Below are positions 1 through 11,457 of a stretch of 64,000 bases of DNA, one piece after another. This stretch comes from an uncultured Actinomycetota bacterium (GTDB lineage Bacteria; Actinomycetota; Actinomycetes; JACCUZ01), in NCBI GenBank assembly GCA_963794995.1, contig CAWCFV010000002.1, forward strand, positions 747,849 through 811,848, in the 5' to 3' direction. Position 1 is the stretch's first letter. The number at the start of each line of letters is the position of its first letter. The position numbers and the translations under genes are program-made. Under the pieces are notes generated by a model. It did no database searches and was not told where the DNA came from. It saw nothing but the letters and a program-made list of their open reading frames with translations.

Positions 1-832
1 GCAGCGCCGCGTCCCAGTGCTCGACGAGCATCCGGGTCGCATAGCGGGCCGACTGCCAGGCCGCGCAGTCCCCGACCGCCCAGACACCCGGCAGCGACGT
101 ACGCAGCCGCGAGTCGACCGCGACCGCGCCGCGACGGTCGAGCGCGACGCCGGGTACGACCGCCGGCCGCGCACCGACCGCGAGCAGCACCAGGTCGGAG
201 TCGAGCCGGGTCCCGTCACCCAGCAGCACCCCGTCCGGCCGGACCGCTGCCACCGTGGCGCCCAGGCGGAGCTCGACCGGCGACCACCAGGGCCGCATCC
301 GCTCGCCGACCTCGGCCGGGAGGGCGCTCGCCAGCGGCGCGCCCAGCCCCTCGACGACCGTCACCTGCGCCCCCGCGGCCACGGCGGCGGTGGCGACCTC
401 GGCGCCGATCCAGCCGGCGCCCACGACGAGCAGGCGGGCTCCCGGCACCAGCGCGGCGCGCAGCGCGAGCGAGTCCGCGTGGGTCCGCAGCGTCACGCCG
501 GCCCCTGCTTCCCCGGGCAGCCGCAGCGGCTCGGCGCCGGTCGCCAGCACGCACCGGTCGAACGGCAGCTCACCCGCCTCGGTCGTCACCAGCCCGGGGG
601 CGACCGACGTGGCCCGCACCCCCAGCCGGAGGTCGACGTCGAGGGCGGCCCAGTCGGCCTCGAGCACCGAGTGGTCGGCCTGCCCGGTGAGCACCTGCTT
701 GGACAGCGGGGGCCGGTCGTAGGGCGGCTGGTCCTCCGCCCCGAGCAGCGTGAGCGGTCCGGCGTACCCCTGCTCGCGCAGGGCCCGCACCGTGTGCAGC
801 CCCGCGAGCCCCGCCCCGACCACGACGATCAC
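1..832 (-). CDS. FAD/NAD(P)-dependent oxidoreductase (ferredoxin-reductase-like), C-terminal end runs off window
   Basis: Reverse-complement translation from GTG ~832 gives VIVVVGAGLAGLHTVRALREQGYAGPLTLLGAEDQPPYDRPPLSK..., a classic GxGxxG FAD Rossmann N-terminus plus PPYDRPPLSK motif. GGAGG-like RBS upstream (revcomp). The track's +strand ORF 17..862 is the antisense artifact. Confidence 0.6.
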   Translation of the reverse strand, partial: MIVVVGAGLAGLHTVRALREQGYAGPLTLLGAEDQPPYDRPPLSKQVLTGQADHSVLEADWAALDVDLRLGVRATSVAPGLVTTEAGELPFDRCVLATGAEPLRLPGEAGAGVTLRTHADSLALRAALVPGARLLVVGAGWIGAEVATAAVAAGAQVTVVEGLGAPLASALPAEVGERMRPWWSPVELRLGATVAAVRPDGVLLGDGTRLDSDLVLLAVGARPAVVPGVALDRRGAVAVDSRLRTSLPGVWAVGDCAAWQSARYATRMLVEHWDAAL

Positions 833-919
833 GCCGTCAGCCTCCCCTGCGCGGCCTCCTGACGGCGACCGCACCGCGACGGCACCGGCCGCGCGCGACC
901 CACGGCGGCCGTCATCCTG

Positions 920-1030
920 CGTAGTCGGACGGTCACAGCCCTGCCTGAATCACACGGGTGTAGTACCACGAACTGGTAACAACCGCCCCCTGAGTCACAT
1001 CTGTCACTTCCGTCACGGCAGTATCACGTT
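920..1030. promoter_or_regulatory. Lower-GC intergenic region carrying GTCAC(A) direct repeats at ~9–11 bp spacing (candidate response-regulator/MtrA-like box) upstream of the LysM-SLT gene
   Basis: Seen in sequence: GGTCACAGCC (~925), AATCACACGG (~945), then GTCAC at 994, 1003, 1012 and ATCAC at 1023 (spacing 9, 9, 11 bp). The region is noticeably less GC-rich than its flanks. Confidence 0.3.
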
Positions 1031-1074
1031 CTCGCCCGGCGACACCGACTCCGACCGTGAGGAACCCCTCCCGC

Positions 1075-2115
1075 ATGTCTGCCTCCGCGCGCGCCCCGCG
1101 TCCCGCCCGCCCTGCCGCCCGCCCCGCCGACCACCCTGCCGACCCCACCGCCGTGCCCGCTCGCCGGAGCCGCCTGACCCCGCGCGGCCGCCGGCTGCTC
1201 CGGGCCGCCCAGGCGGTCGGCGTGCCGCTGCTGGTCGCCGGGCTGGTCACCGCGGGCTCCCCCGGCTGGGGGCTCTACACGATCAGGCAGGGCGACACCC
1301 TCGGCGACATCGCCGCCCGGTACGGCACGTCGGTCTCCCGCCTGGTGCAGGTCAACGGGCTGCCCGGCAACGGCAACCTGATCATCGCCGGCACCGCGCT
1401 CAAGGTCCCCGGCGCGAAGGGCGGCGCCGCCCGCACCACCAGCGGCCGGCGTGTGCACCTGGTGGTCCGCGGCGACACCCTGTCCGGCATCGCCGCGCGC
1501 TACGGCGTGTCGCAGGACGCCGTGGCCCGCGCGAACCGGCTGCCGCGCTCGAACGTCGTCATGCTCGGCGCGACCCTGGTGGTGCCTCGGGGGTCCGGCA
1601 GCGGGAGCGGCGGCACGACGCAGCGGTCGTCGAGCGCCAACACCTTCGCCGGACGGACCTACTCCGCCGCCGTCGTCGGCTCGGCAGCGCACAACCGGGC
1701 CCGGCTGGCGCGGCGCAACCTGCCCTCGACCTCCCAGATGCGCGACATCATCGCCGCGAAGGCGCGGGCGAACGGCGTCGACCCCGCCCTGGCCCTGGCG
1801 GTCAGCTACCAGGAGTCCGGCTGGAACATGCACGTGGTGTCGGTGGCCAACGCCGTGGGTGCGATGCAGGTGATCCCCACCACCTCGGAGTGGATCTCCG
1901 GGGTCGTGGGTCGTCGGCTCGACCCGCTGGACCCGCAGGACAACGCCACGACCGGGGTGGTGCTGCTCAAGATCCTCACCCGGACCGCCGGGGACGACCG
2001 GACGGCGATCGCCGGCTACTACCAGGGGCTGCGCAGCGTCCGGGAGAACGGGATGTTCGCCGACACCAAGCGATACGTCGCCAACGTCCAGGCCCTGCGA
2101 GCCCGGTTCCGGTGA
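1075..2115 (+). CDS. Peptidoglycan-binding LysM (x2) protein with C-terminal lytic transglycosylase (SLT) domain
   Basis: Two LysM motifs (YTIRQGDTLGDIAARYGTSVSRLVQVNGL; HLVVRGDTLSGIAARYGVSQDAVARANRL). C-terminal ...ALAVSYQESGWNMHVVSVANAVGAMQVIPTTSEWIS...GYYQG, an SLT-like catalytic region. GAGGAAC RBS before the ATG at 1075. Confidence 0.75.
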   Translation: MSASARAPRPARPAARPADHPADPTAVPARRSRLTPRGRRLLRAAQAVGVPLLVAGLVTAGSPGWGLYTIRQGDTLGDIAARYGTSVSRLVQVNGLPGNGNLIIAGTALKVPGAKGGAARTTSGRRVHLVVRGDTLSGIAARYGVSQDAVARANRLPRSNVVMLGATLVVPRGSGSGSGGTTQRSSSANTFAGRTYSAAVVGSAAHNRARLARRNLPSTSQMRDIIAAKARANGVDPALALAVSYQESGWNMHVVSVANAVGAMQVIPTTSEWISGVVGRRLDPLDPQDNATTGVVLLKILTRTAGDDRTAIAGYYQGLRSVRENGMFADTKRYVANVQALRARFR

Positions 2116-2171
2116 GGCGGCAGGGCGCGTCCGAACCGGGTCGCCGCCCTGCTCCCCCGTAGACTCCCCGC

Positions 2172-4067
2172 GTGGACACGACCGTCAGCGACGCCCTGGT
2201 CGGGCAGCAGCTCGACGGGCGCTACGTGGTCGAACGCCGCCTCGCACGGGGCGGGATGGCCACGGTCTACGAGGCCCACGACAACCGTCTCGAGCGCACC
2301 ATCGCGCTCAAGGTCATGCATCCCTCGCTGGCCGAGGACGAGGAGTTCGTCTCCCGGTTCATCCGCGAGGCGCGCTCCGCGGCCCGGCTCTCGCACCCCA
2401 ACGTCGTCGCGGTCTTCGACCAGGGCGCCGACCAGGGCCACGTGTACCTCGCCATGGAGCTGGTCCGCGGCCACACGCTGCGCGACCTGATCCGCAGCAG
2501 CGGGAACCTCTCACCCCGGCAGGCGCTCGAGCTGCTCGAGCCGGTGCTGGCCGCCCTCGGCGCCGCGCACGCGGCCGGCATCATCCACCGCGACGTGAAG
2601 CCCGAGAACGTCCTGCTCTCCGACGACGGCCGGGTCAAGGTCGCCGACTTCGGGCTGGCCCGCGCCGTCACCGGGGCCACCAGCCACACGACCACCTCCG
2701 GCGTCCTCATGGGCACGGTCGCCTACCTGTCCCCCGAGCAGGTCACCAAGGGCGTCGCCGACACGCGCTCGGACGTCTACTCCGCCGGCATCCTGCTCTA
2801 CGAGATGCTCACCGGCAGCAAGCCGTACGACGGGGAGACCGCGATCCAGGTGGCGTACCGCCACGTCCACGACGACGTCCCGCCGCCCTCCGCGCTGGTC
2901 CCCGGCCTCCCGGCCGAGCTCGACCACCTGGTGGCCCGCGCGACGAACCGCGACCCCGGCCTCCGGCCGGTCGACGCCCGGCAGTTCCGTACCGAGGTCG
3001 CCGCCGCGACCCGCGCGCTGTCCGACGGCGAGCTCGACTCGGTCGGTCCGGCGCTCGGCGCGGTCACCAGCACGCCGGACCACACCCTGGTGGTCGACCT
3101 CACCCAGCGCACCGCCCCCGGCCCGGCCCGCCGCGGCGACACCGGACCGCTGAGCGCCCCGCCCGGTGCCCGGCGCAGCGGCCCGCGCAGCCGCGGCCCG
3201 TTGGCGCTGGCCCTGGTCGTCGCCCTGGCGGTGGTGCTCTCCGGTGCCGCGTGGTTCGTCGCCTACGGGCCGCTCAGCAGGACCACGACGCCGAGCCTGC
3301 TGGGGATGACCCGCGCGCAGGCCGCGGCCGCGGCGGCCAAGGACGGGCTCTCGGTCACCGTGGTCGGCCGGGGCTTCAGCGAGGTCGTGGGCAAGGACCT
3401 CGTCCTGCGGACCGAGCCGGGCCGGGGGCAGCGCGTCGACAAGGGCGGCACCGTCGGGCTGGTCCTGTCCAAGGGCCCCGAGCGCTACGCCGTGCCCGAC
3501 GTCGTGGGCAAGACCGAGGAGGTCGCCCGCAAGGCTCTCGAGGCGAGCAACCTCGAGGTGGCGGTCGAGCGCCGGTACAGCCTCAAGGTGGACAACGGGC
3601 TGGTCATCTCGACCGACCCCGCGAGCGGTGTCGAGCTCAAGCGCGACTCCGCGGTCACGATGCTGGTCAGCGACGGTCCCAAGCCGGTGGCGGTGCCCAC
3701 GGTCACCGGCCAGCCGGTCGACGCCGCGAAGGCCGCGATCGTCGACGCCAAGCTCCAGGTCTCGGTCACCGAGCAGTTCGACGACGCCGCCCCCGCCGGC
3801 ACCGTGATCAGCCAGTCGCCCGCGGGGGGCAAGACCGCCGACAAGCAGTCGGTCGTCGAGCTGGTCGTGTCCAAGGGCCCGCCCCTCATCGACGTCCCCG
3901 GCGTCACGGGCAAGAACGTCACCGAGGCGCAGCAGCTGCTGGTCGCGGGAGGCTTCCAGCCGTCGGTGCAGCAGCTGCCGGGCGGGCCGGGCACGGTGCT
4001 CCGGCAGTCGCCCGGCGGCGGCGACAAGGCACCCAAGGGCTCGACCGTCACGCTCTACGTCTTCTGA
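2172..4067 (+). CDS. Ser/Thr protein kinase with four C-terminal PASTA domains (PknB-like)
   Basis: Kinase subdomains: GGMATVYEA, ALKV, HRDVKPENVLL, DFGLA, SPEQ. A TM segment (LALALVVALAVVLSGAAWFV) is followed by four ~65-aa PASTA repeats (VPDVVGK..., VPTVTGQ..., VPGVTGK...). Confidence 0.85.
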   Translation: MDTTVSDALVGQQLDGRYVVERRLARGGMATVYEAHDNRLERTIALKVMHPSLAEDEEFVSRFIREARSAARLSHPNVVAVFDQGADQGHVYLAMELVRGHTLRDLIRSSGNLSPRQALELLEPVLAALGAAHAAGIIHRDVKPENVLLSDDGRVKVADFGLARAVTGATSHTTTSGVLMGTVAYLSPEQVTKGVADTRSDVYSAGILLYEMLTGSKPYDGETAIQVAYRHVHDDVPPPSALVPGLPAELDHLVARATNRDPGLRPVDARQFRTEVAAATRALSDGELDSVGPALGAVTSTPDHTLVVDLTQRTAPGPARRGDTGPLSAPPGARRSGPRSRGPLALALVVALAVVLSGAAWFVAYGPLSRTTTPSLLGMTRAQAAAAAAKDGLSVTVVGRGFSEVVGKDLVLRTEPGRGQRVDKGGTVGLVLSKGPERYAVPDVVGKTEEVARKALEASNLEVAVERRYSLKVDNGLVISTDPASGVELKRDSAVTMLVSDGPKPVAVPTVTGQPVDAAKAAIVDAKLQVSVTEQFDDAAPAGTVISQSPAGGKTADKQSVVELVVSKGPPLIDVPGVTGKNVTEAQQLLVAGGFQPSVQQLPGGPGTVLRQSPGGGDKAPKGSTVTLYVF

Positions 4068-4071
4068 GCGG

Positions 4072-4710
4072 CTACTCCTGGTAGGCGTAGCGCTCGTCGC
4101 GCCACGGGTTGGCGCTGTTGTGGTAGCCGCGCTCCTCCCAGAAGCCGCGACGGTCCTCCACGAGGTACTCGATGGCGCGCACCCACTTGGCCGACTTCCA
4201 GGCGTACAACGACGGACACACCAGCCGGAGCGGGAAGCCGTGCTCGGCGGTCAGCGGACGGCCGTCGACGTGGGTGGCGAGCAGGGTGGACGGTGCCGCG
4301 AACGCCGCCATCGGCAGGTTGGCGGAGTAGCCGTACTCGGCCCACACCATGACGTGACGCACGTCGGCCGCGGGCGGAGCCATCGCCAGCAGGTCCGAGG
4401 CGGCCACTCCGGACCACTCCAGGTCGCTCACGGTCCACTTGGTGACGCAGTGCAGGTCGCCGCGCCGGCTGGCCCGGGGCAGGGCGGCGAAAGCCTCGGC
4501 ATCCAGCAGCAGCTCGGCGCCGTCGGCCGTGGCGCCGAACACCCGGAGGTCCCAGGTCTCCGGACGGTGCTTCGGGACCGGGCCGTAGTGGACCACCGGC
4601 CAGCCGTGCGCCGGCCGCTGCGCCGGCGGCAGCCCACGGGGCTGGGCGTCGCCCAGGCTCGGCAAGGCGTTGTCCCCGTCCGCCACCGTCGCATCCTGAC
4701 AGACGGACAT
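4072..4710 (-). CDS. Molybdopterin-dependent oxidoreductase (sulfite-oxidase-like / YedY-MsrP-like catalytic domain)
   Basis: Translation MSVCQD...WDLRVFGATADGAELLLDAEAFAALPR...LHCVTKWTVSDLEWSGV...GFPLRLVCPSLYAWKSAKWVRAIEYLVEDRRGFWEERGYHNSANPWRDERYA matches the conserved sulfite-oxidase-family core. Confidence 0.65.
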   Translation of the reverse strand: MSVCQDATVADGDNALPSLGDAQPRGLPPAQRPAHGWPVVHYGPVPKHRPETWDLRVFGATADGAELLLDAEAFAALPRASRRGDLHCVTKWTVSDLEWSGVAASDLLAMAPPAADVRHVMVWAEYGYSANLPMAAFAAPSTLLATHVDGRPLTAEHGFPLRLVCPSLYAWKSAKWVRAIEYLVEDRRGFWEERGYHNSANPWRDERYAYQE

Positions 4711-5761
4711 CTGCGGGCCGCGCCCGGCAGCCCGACTAGTCTCGCGGGCGTGGTCGTGGTCATGCAGCCCGGTGCCTCCCCCGCCGACGTCGCCGCGGTC
4801 ACCGCGCGGGTCGAGGCGGCAGGCGGCGAGGCGTTCGTCAGCCGGGGCGTGACGCGGACGATCATCGGGCTGGTCGGGGACGTCGAGACGTTCTCCGGGC
4901 TCAACCTCCGCGCGATGCCCGGAGTCGCCGACGTCATGCGGGTGTCGGCGCCGTACAAGCTGGTGTCGCGCGTGCACCACCCGCAGATGTCCACGGTCTT
5001 CGTCGGTGGGGTGCCGATCGGCCCGGACACCTTCACCCTGATCGCCGGGCCGTGCGCGGTCGAGACCCCGCAGCAGACCCTCGAGGCCGCCGAGATGGCC
5101 AAGGCCGCCGGGGCGACGCTGCTGCGCGGCGGGGCGTACAAGCCACGCACCTCGCCCTACGCCTTCCAGGGCCTCGGCGAGGCCGGGCTCGAGATCCTCG
5201 CCGACGTGCGGGAGGCGACCGGGCTGCCCGTGGTCACCGAGGTCGTCGACGCCCACGACGTCGACCTGGTGGCGTCCTACGCCGACATGCTGCAGATCGG
5301 CACCCGCAACATGGCGAACTTCGCACTGCTGCAAGCGGTCGGGCAGTGCGGCAAGCCGGTCATGCTCAAGCGCGGCATGCAGGCCACCGTCGAGGAGTGG
5401 CTGATGGCGGCGGAGTACATCGCCCAGCGCGGCAACCTGGACATCGTCCTGTGCGAGCGCGGCATCCGCACCTTCGAGCGGTCCACCCGCAACACGCTCG
5501 ACGTCAGCGCGGTCCCGGTCGCGCACGACCTGTCGCACCTGCCGGTGATCGTCGACCCGTCCCACTCCGGCGGCCGGCGCGACCTCGTCGTGCCACTGTC
5601 CCGGGCGGCGATCGCGGTCGGCGCCGACGGCATCATCGTCGACGTGCACCCGCACCCCGAGCAGGCGTTGTGCGACGGCCCGCAGGCGCTCGTCGACGAC
5701 GACCTCCGGGCCCTCGCCGCCGCGGTGCGCCAGCTGCCCCCGCTGCTCGGCCGGCGACCGG

Positions 5762-6793
<1,032 letters not shown>

Positions 6794-6828
6794 CCGCCGA
6801 CCCTATGCGGCAGGTGCCGCGGGGCCCG

Positions 6829-8298
<1,470 letters not shown>

Positions 8299-8300
8299 TC

Positions 8301-9422
8301 ATGCGCCTCGCCCGACCCGCTGCCGTGACCGCGGCCGCCCTGTCGATGTCCCTGTCCGCCCTGGCGCTCACGGGCAGCCCGGCTGCCGCCGCCACGAACG
8401 ACCCGCTCTACGCCAAGCAGTACGGCCCGCAGCAGGTGCGCGCCGAGCAGGCCTGGGCGACCAGCACCGGTGCGGGGGCGGTCATCGCGGTGGTCGACAC
8501 CGGCGTCGACCTCGCGCACGCCGACCTCCAGGGCAAGCTCGTGCCGGGCGCCACCTTCTCCGGCTGCGCCACCACCGGCCCGTGCGGGAACGGCGACTAC
8601 CGGGGCCCCGACGGCGTGAACAACGGCGACGAGCACGGCACGCACGTGGCCGGGATCGCGGCCGCGGCCACCGGCAACGGCATCGGCATCGCCGGTGTCG
8701 CCCGGGACGCCAAGATCATGCCCGTGAAGGTCCTCGAGGACGGCAGCGGCTCCTTCGAGGAGATCGCCGCCGGCATCCGCTGGGCCGCCGACCACGGCGC
8801 CGACGTGGTCAACCTGAGCCTCGGCGCGGTCCAGGGTGTGCAGGCCCTGGTGATCGCCGGTGTCATCACCGACGTCCAGGACGCCGTGAACTACGCGACG
8901 AGCAAGGGAGTGGCGGTCGTGGCCGCCGCCGGCAACGACTCGGTCCCGCTGTGCAACGAGCCCGGCTTCGACGCCAACGTGCTGTGCGTCGCGGCCACCG
9001 ACAAGCGTGAGGCCCCGGCCGCCTACAGCTCGGGTGCCATCAAGCCCGACCTGATGTCGGTCTCCGCGCCCGGCGGCTCGCTGCTGCCGGTCTGCGGCGA
9101 GGACATCGTGTCCACGGTCCCGGCCGGCACCAGCTCCTCCGGTGCCGCCTGCGGCTACGGCGACAACTACGACGAGTACGCCGGGACCTCCATGGCGACC
9201 CCGCACGTCGCCGGCGTGGCAGCGCTGCTCGCCGCCCAGGGACGCAGCGTGGCGAACATCTTCGAGGCACTCACCAGCACGGCCCGCACCCCGGTCACCG
9301 GCACCCGCGGCGTCTGGGACCCGAAGTACGGCTACGGCATCGTCGACGCCGCGGCGGCGGTCGCCCACCCGGGCGCCGCCCAGGTCGCGCCCGCCAAGGG
9401 CAAGCGCGCCAAGAAGCACTGA
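8301..9422 (+). CDS. Secreted subtilisin-like serine protease (peptidase S8)
   Basis: Signal peptide (MRLARPAAVTAAALSMSLSALALTGSPAAAA). Catalytic triad contexts VAVVDTGVDLAHADL / DEHGTHVAGIAAA / GTSMATPHVAGVAALL. Confidence 0.8.
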   Translation: MRLARPAAVTAAALSMSLSALALTGSPAAAATNDPLYAKQYGPQQVRAEQAWATSTGAGAVIAVVDTGVDLAHADLQGKLVPGATFSGCATTGPCGNGDYRGPDGVNNGDEHGTHVAGIAAAATGNGIGIAGVARDAKIMPVKVLEDGSGSFEEIAAGIRWAADHGADVVNLSLGAVQGVQALVIAGVITDVQDAVNYATSKGVAVVAAAGNDSVPLCNEPGFDANVLCVAATDKREAPAAYSSGAIKPDLMSVSAPGGSLLPVCGEDIVSTVPAGTSSSGAACGYGDNYDEYAGTSMATPHVAGVAALLAAQGRSVANIFEALTSTARTPVTGTRGVWDPKYGYGIVDAAAAVAHPGAAQVAPAKGKRAKKH

Positions 9423-9485
9423 GGTCGGGTCCGGACCTCCCGGCAGGTGGTCCGGACCCGTCGCACGGGGGTCAGGAGGGCGAAG

Positions 9486-9513
9486 GGCCGGACGGGTGCA
9501 GACCCGTCCGGCC
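9486..9513. terminator. Perfect 12-bp stem / 4-nt loop hairpin between convergent S8 protease and pfkA (bidirectional terminator candidate)
   Basis: GGCCGGACGGGT-gcag-ACCCGTCCGGCC read directly. Both flanking genes end here. Confidence 0.5.
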
Positions 9514-9579
9514 ACTCGTCGTCACGCGGTCAGCCGGCCAGCTCGTCACGCAGTGTCAGCCGGTCAGCCGAAGAGCCGG

Positions 9580-10605
9580 TCAGCCGAAGAAGACCTCGGC
9601 CTCGGCGTAGAGGTGGGCGTCGACCAGCTTGAGCACGGTCGTCGCGTCCCCGAGCGGCACCCGCTCGATCTCGGTGCCCCGCAGCGCGACCATGGTGCCC
9701 CAGTCGCCGTCGTTGACCGCGTCGATGGCGTGCAGCCCGAACCGGGTGGCCAGCCAGCGGTCCCGGGCGGTCGGCGTGCCGCCGCGCTGGATGTGCCCGA
9801 GCACCGTCGTGCGCGCCTCCTTGCCGGTGCGCTTCTCGATCTCCTTCTCGAGCACCTGGCCGATCCCGCCGAGACGGACGTGGCCGAACGCGTCGATCTC
9901 GCCGTCGGCCAGCGTCATGGTGCCCTGAGCGGGGGTAGCCCCTTCCGACACGACGAGGATCGGCGAGTAGTCGCTCTCGAAGCGGGACTCGACGTACTCG
10001 CACACCTTCTCGATGTCGAACGGCACCTCGGGTATGAGGATGACGTTCGCGCCGCCCGCCATGCCGGCGTGCAGGGCGATCCAGCCTGCGTGGCGGCCCA
10101 TCACCTCGACGATCAGCGCCCGGTGGTGGGACTCGGCCGTCGTGTGCAGCCGGTCGATGGCCTCCATCGCGATGTTCACCGCGGTGTCGAAGCCGAAGGT
10201 GTAGTCGGTGGCGTTGAGGTCGTTGTCGATGGTCTTCGGCACGCCGACGACGTGGATGCCGTGCTCGTGCAGCTTGGTCGCGACGCCCAGGGTGTCCTCT
10301 CCCCCGATCGCGATGAGCGCGTCGACGCCGAGCTCCTTGAGGTTGTGCTCGATCTTCTCGACGCCACCCTCCATCTTGAACGGGTTGGTGCGCGACGAGC
10401 CGAGGATCGTGCCTCCGCGCGGCAGGATGCCCCGCACCTCGTTGACCCCGAGAGGCGTGGTGTGCCCCTCGATCGGGCCGCGCCAGCCGTCGCGGAAGCC
10501 GACGAACTCGTGGTCGTACGCCGTCACGCCCTTCCGCACGACAGCGCGGATCACGGCATTCAGACCTGGGCAGTCACCGCCACCGGTGAGGACTCCGATT
10601 CGCAT
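9580..10605 (-). CDS. pfkA: 6-phosphofructokinase
   Basis: MRIGVLTGGGDCPGLNAVIRAVV...GGEDTLG...MGRHAGWIAL...GHIQRGG, canonical PFK motifs. Confidence 0.9.
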   Translation of the reverse strand: MRIGVLTGGGDCPGLNAVIRAVVRKGVTAYDHEFVGFRDGWRGPIEGHTTPLGVNEVRGILPRGGTILGSSRTNPFKMEGGVEKIEHNLKELGVDALIAIGGEDTLGVATKLHEHGIHVVGVPKTIDNDLNATDYTFGFDTAVNIAMEAIDRLHTTAESHHRALIVEVMGRHAGWIALHAGMAGGANVILIPEVPFDIEKVCEYVESRFESDYSPILVVSEGATPAQGTMTLADGEIDAFGHVRLGGIGQVLEKEIEKRTGKEARTTVLGHIQRGGTPTARDRWLATRFGLHAIDAVNDGDWGTMVALRGTEIERVPLGDATTVLKLVDAHLYAEAEVFFG

Positions 10606-10640
10606 GGGGAGCACCCTAGGCACCCCGTTAGGGTCCCGAC

Positions 10641-11453
10641 ATGACGTTCTCAGTCGTCGGACGCTCCGATGACGGCGCCGCGCTCGGCGTCGCCGTCGCC
10701 TCGAAGTTCCTCGCCGTGGGGGCGGCGGTGCCGGCCGCCGAGGCCGGCGTCGGCGCCGTCGCCACCCAGTCGTACGCGAACCTCGCCTACCGGCCCGACG
10801 GGTTGTCGATGATGCGCACCGGCCGCAGCGCCCGGGACACGCTGGACGCGCTCGTCGGGGCGGACGGGGGCCGGGCCCAGCGCCAGGCAGGCGTGGTCGA
10901 CGCGCAGGGTGGCGCGGCCACCTACACCGGCGACGACTGCCATGCCTGGGCCGGTGGCCGCACCGGCGACGGGTACGCGGTGCAGGGCAACATCCTGGTC
11001 GGGCCCGAGGTCGTCGAGGCGATGGAGTCGGCCTGGGTCGCCTCGACCGGTTCGCCGCTGGCTGAGCGGCTGCTCGCCACGCTCGCCGCCGGCGACGACG
11101 CCGGCGGGGACCGGCGCGGGCGGCAGAGCGCGGCGCTGCTCGTCGTGCGAGCCGGCGGCGGGTACGGCGGTGAGTCCGACGTGGAGGTCGACCTGCGCTG
11201 CGACGACCACAGCGCGCCGGTCGGCGAGCTGCGACGGCTCTACGACCTGCACCAGCTGTACTTCGGGCGGCCGGACCCGGCGACCCTGCTGCCGCTCGAG
11301 GGGCCGTTGGCCGAGGAGGTCACGGCGCTGCTGGCCGCGCTCGGGCATCCGACGCTGGACGACTGGGCCGGGGTCGAGAACTTCGAGGAGCGGATGGTCG
11401 AGGGCAGCATCGACCCACTGGTGCTCGAGCAGCTGCGCGCGAAGGGGGCCTGA
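10641..11453 (+). CDS. DUF1028 family protein (Ntn-hydrolase-like)
   Basis: MTFSVVGRSDDGAALGVAVASKFLAVGAAVP..., the N-terminus typical of DUF1028. Confidence 0.6.
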   Translation: MTFSVVGRSDDGAALGVAVASKFLAVGAAVPAAEAGVGAVATQSYANLAYRPDGLSMMRTGRSARDTLDALVGADGGRAQRQAGVVDAQGGAATYTGDDCHAWAGGRTGDGYAVQGNILVGPEVVEAMESAWVASTGSPLAERLLATLAAGDDAGGDRRGRQSAALLVVRAGGGYGGESDVEVDLRCDDHSAPVGELRRLYDLHQLYFGRPDPATLLPLEGPLAEEVTALLAALGHPTLDDWAGVENFEERMVEGSIDPLVLEQLRAKGA

Positions 11454-11457
11454 GCCG

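Noticed and set aside
17-862. +strand 281-aa ORF at window start
   Set aside because: The reverse strand encodes a textbook FAD-binding GxGxxG oxidoreductase N-terminus. The + frame is Arg/Pro-rich.
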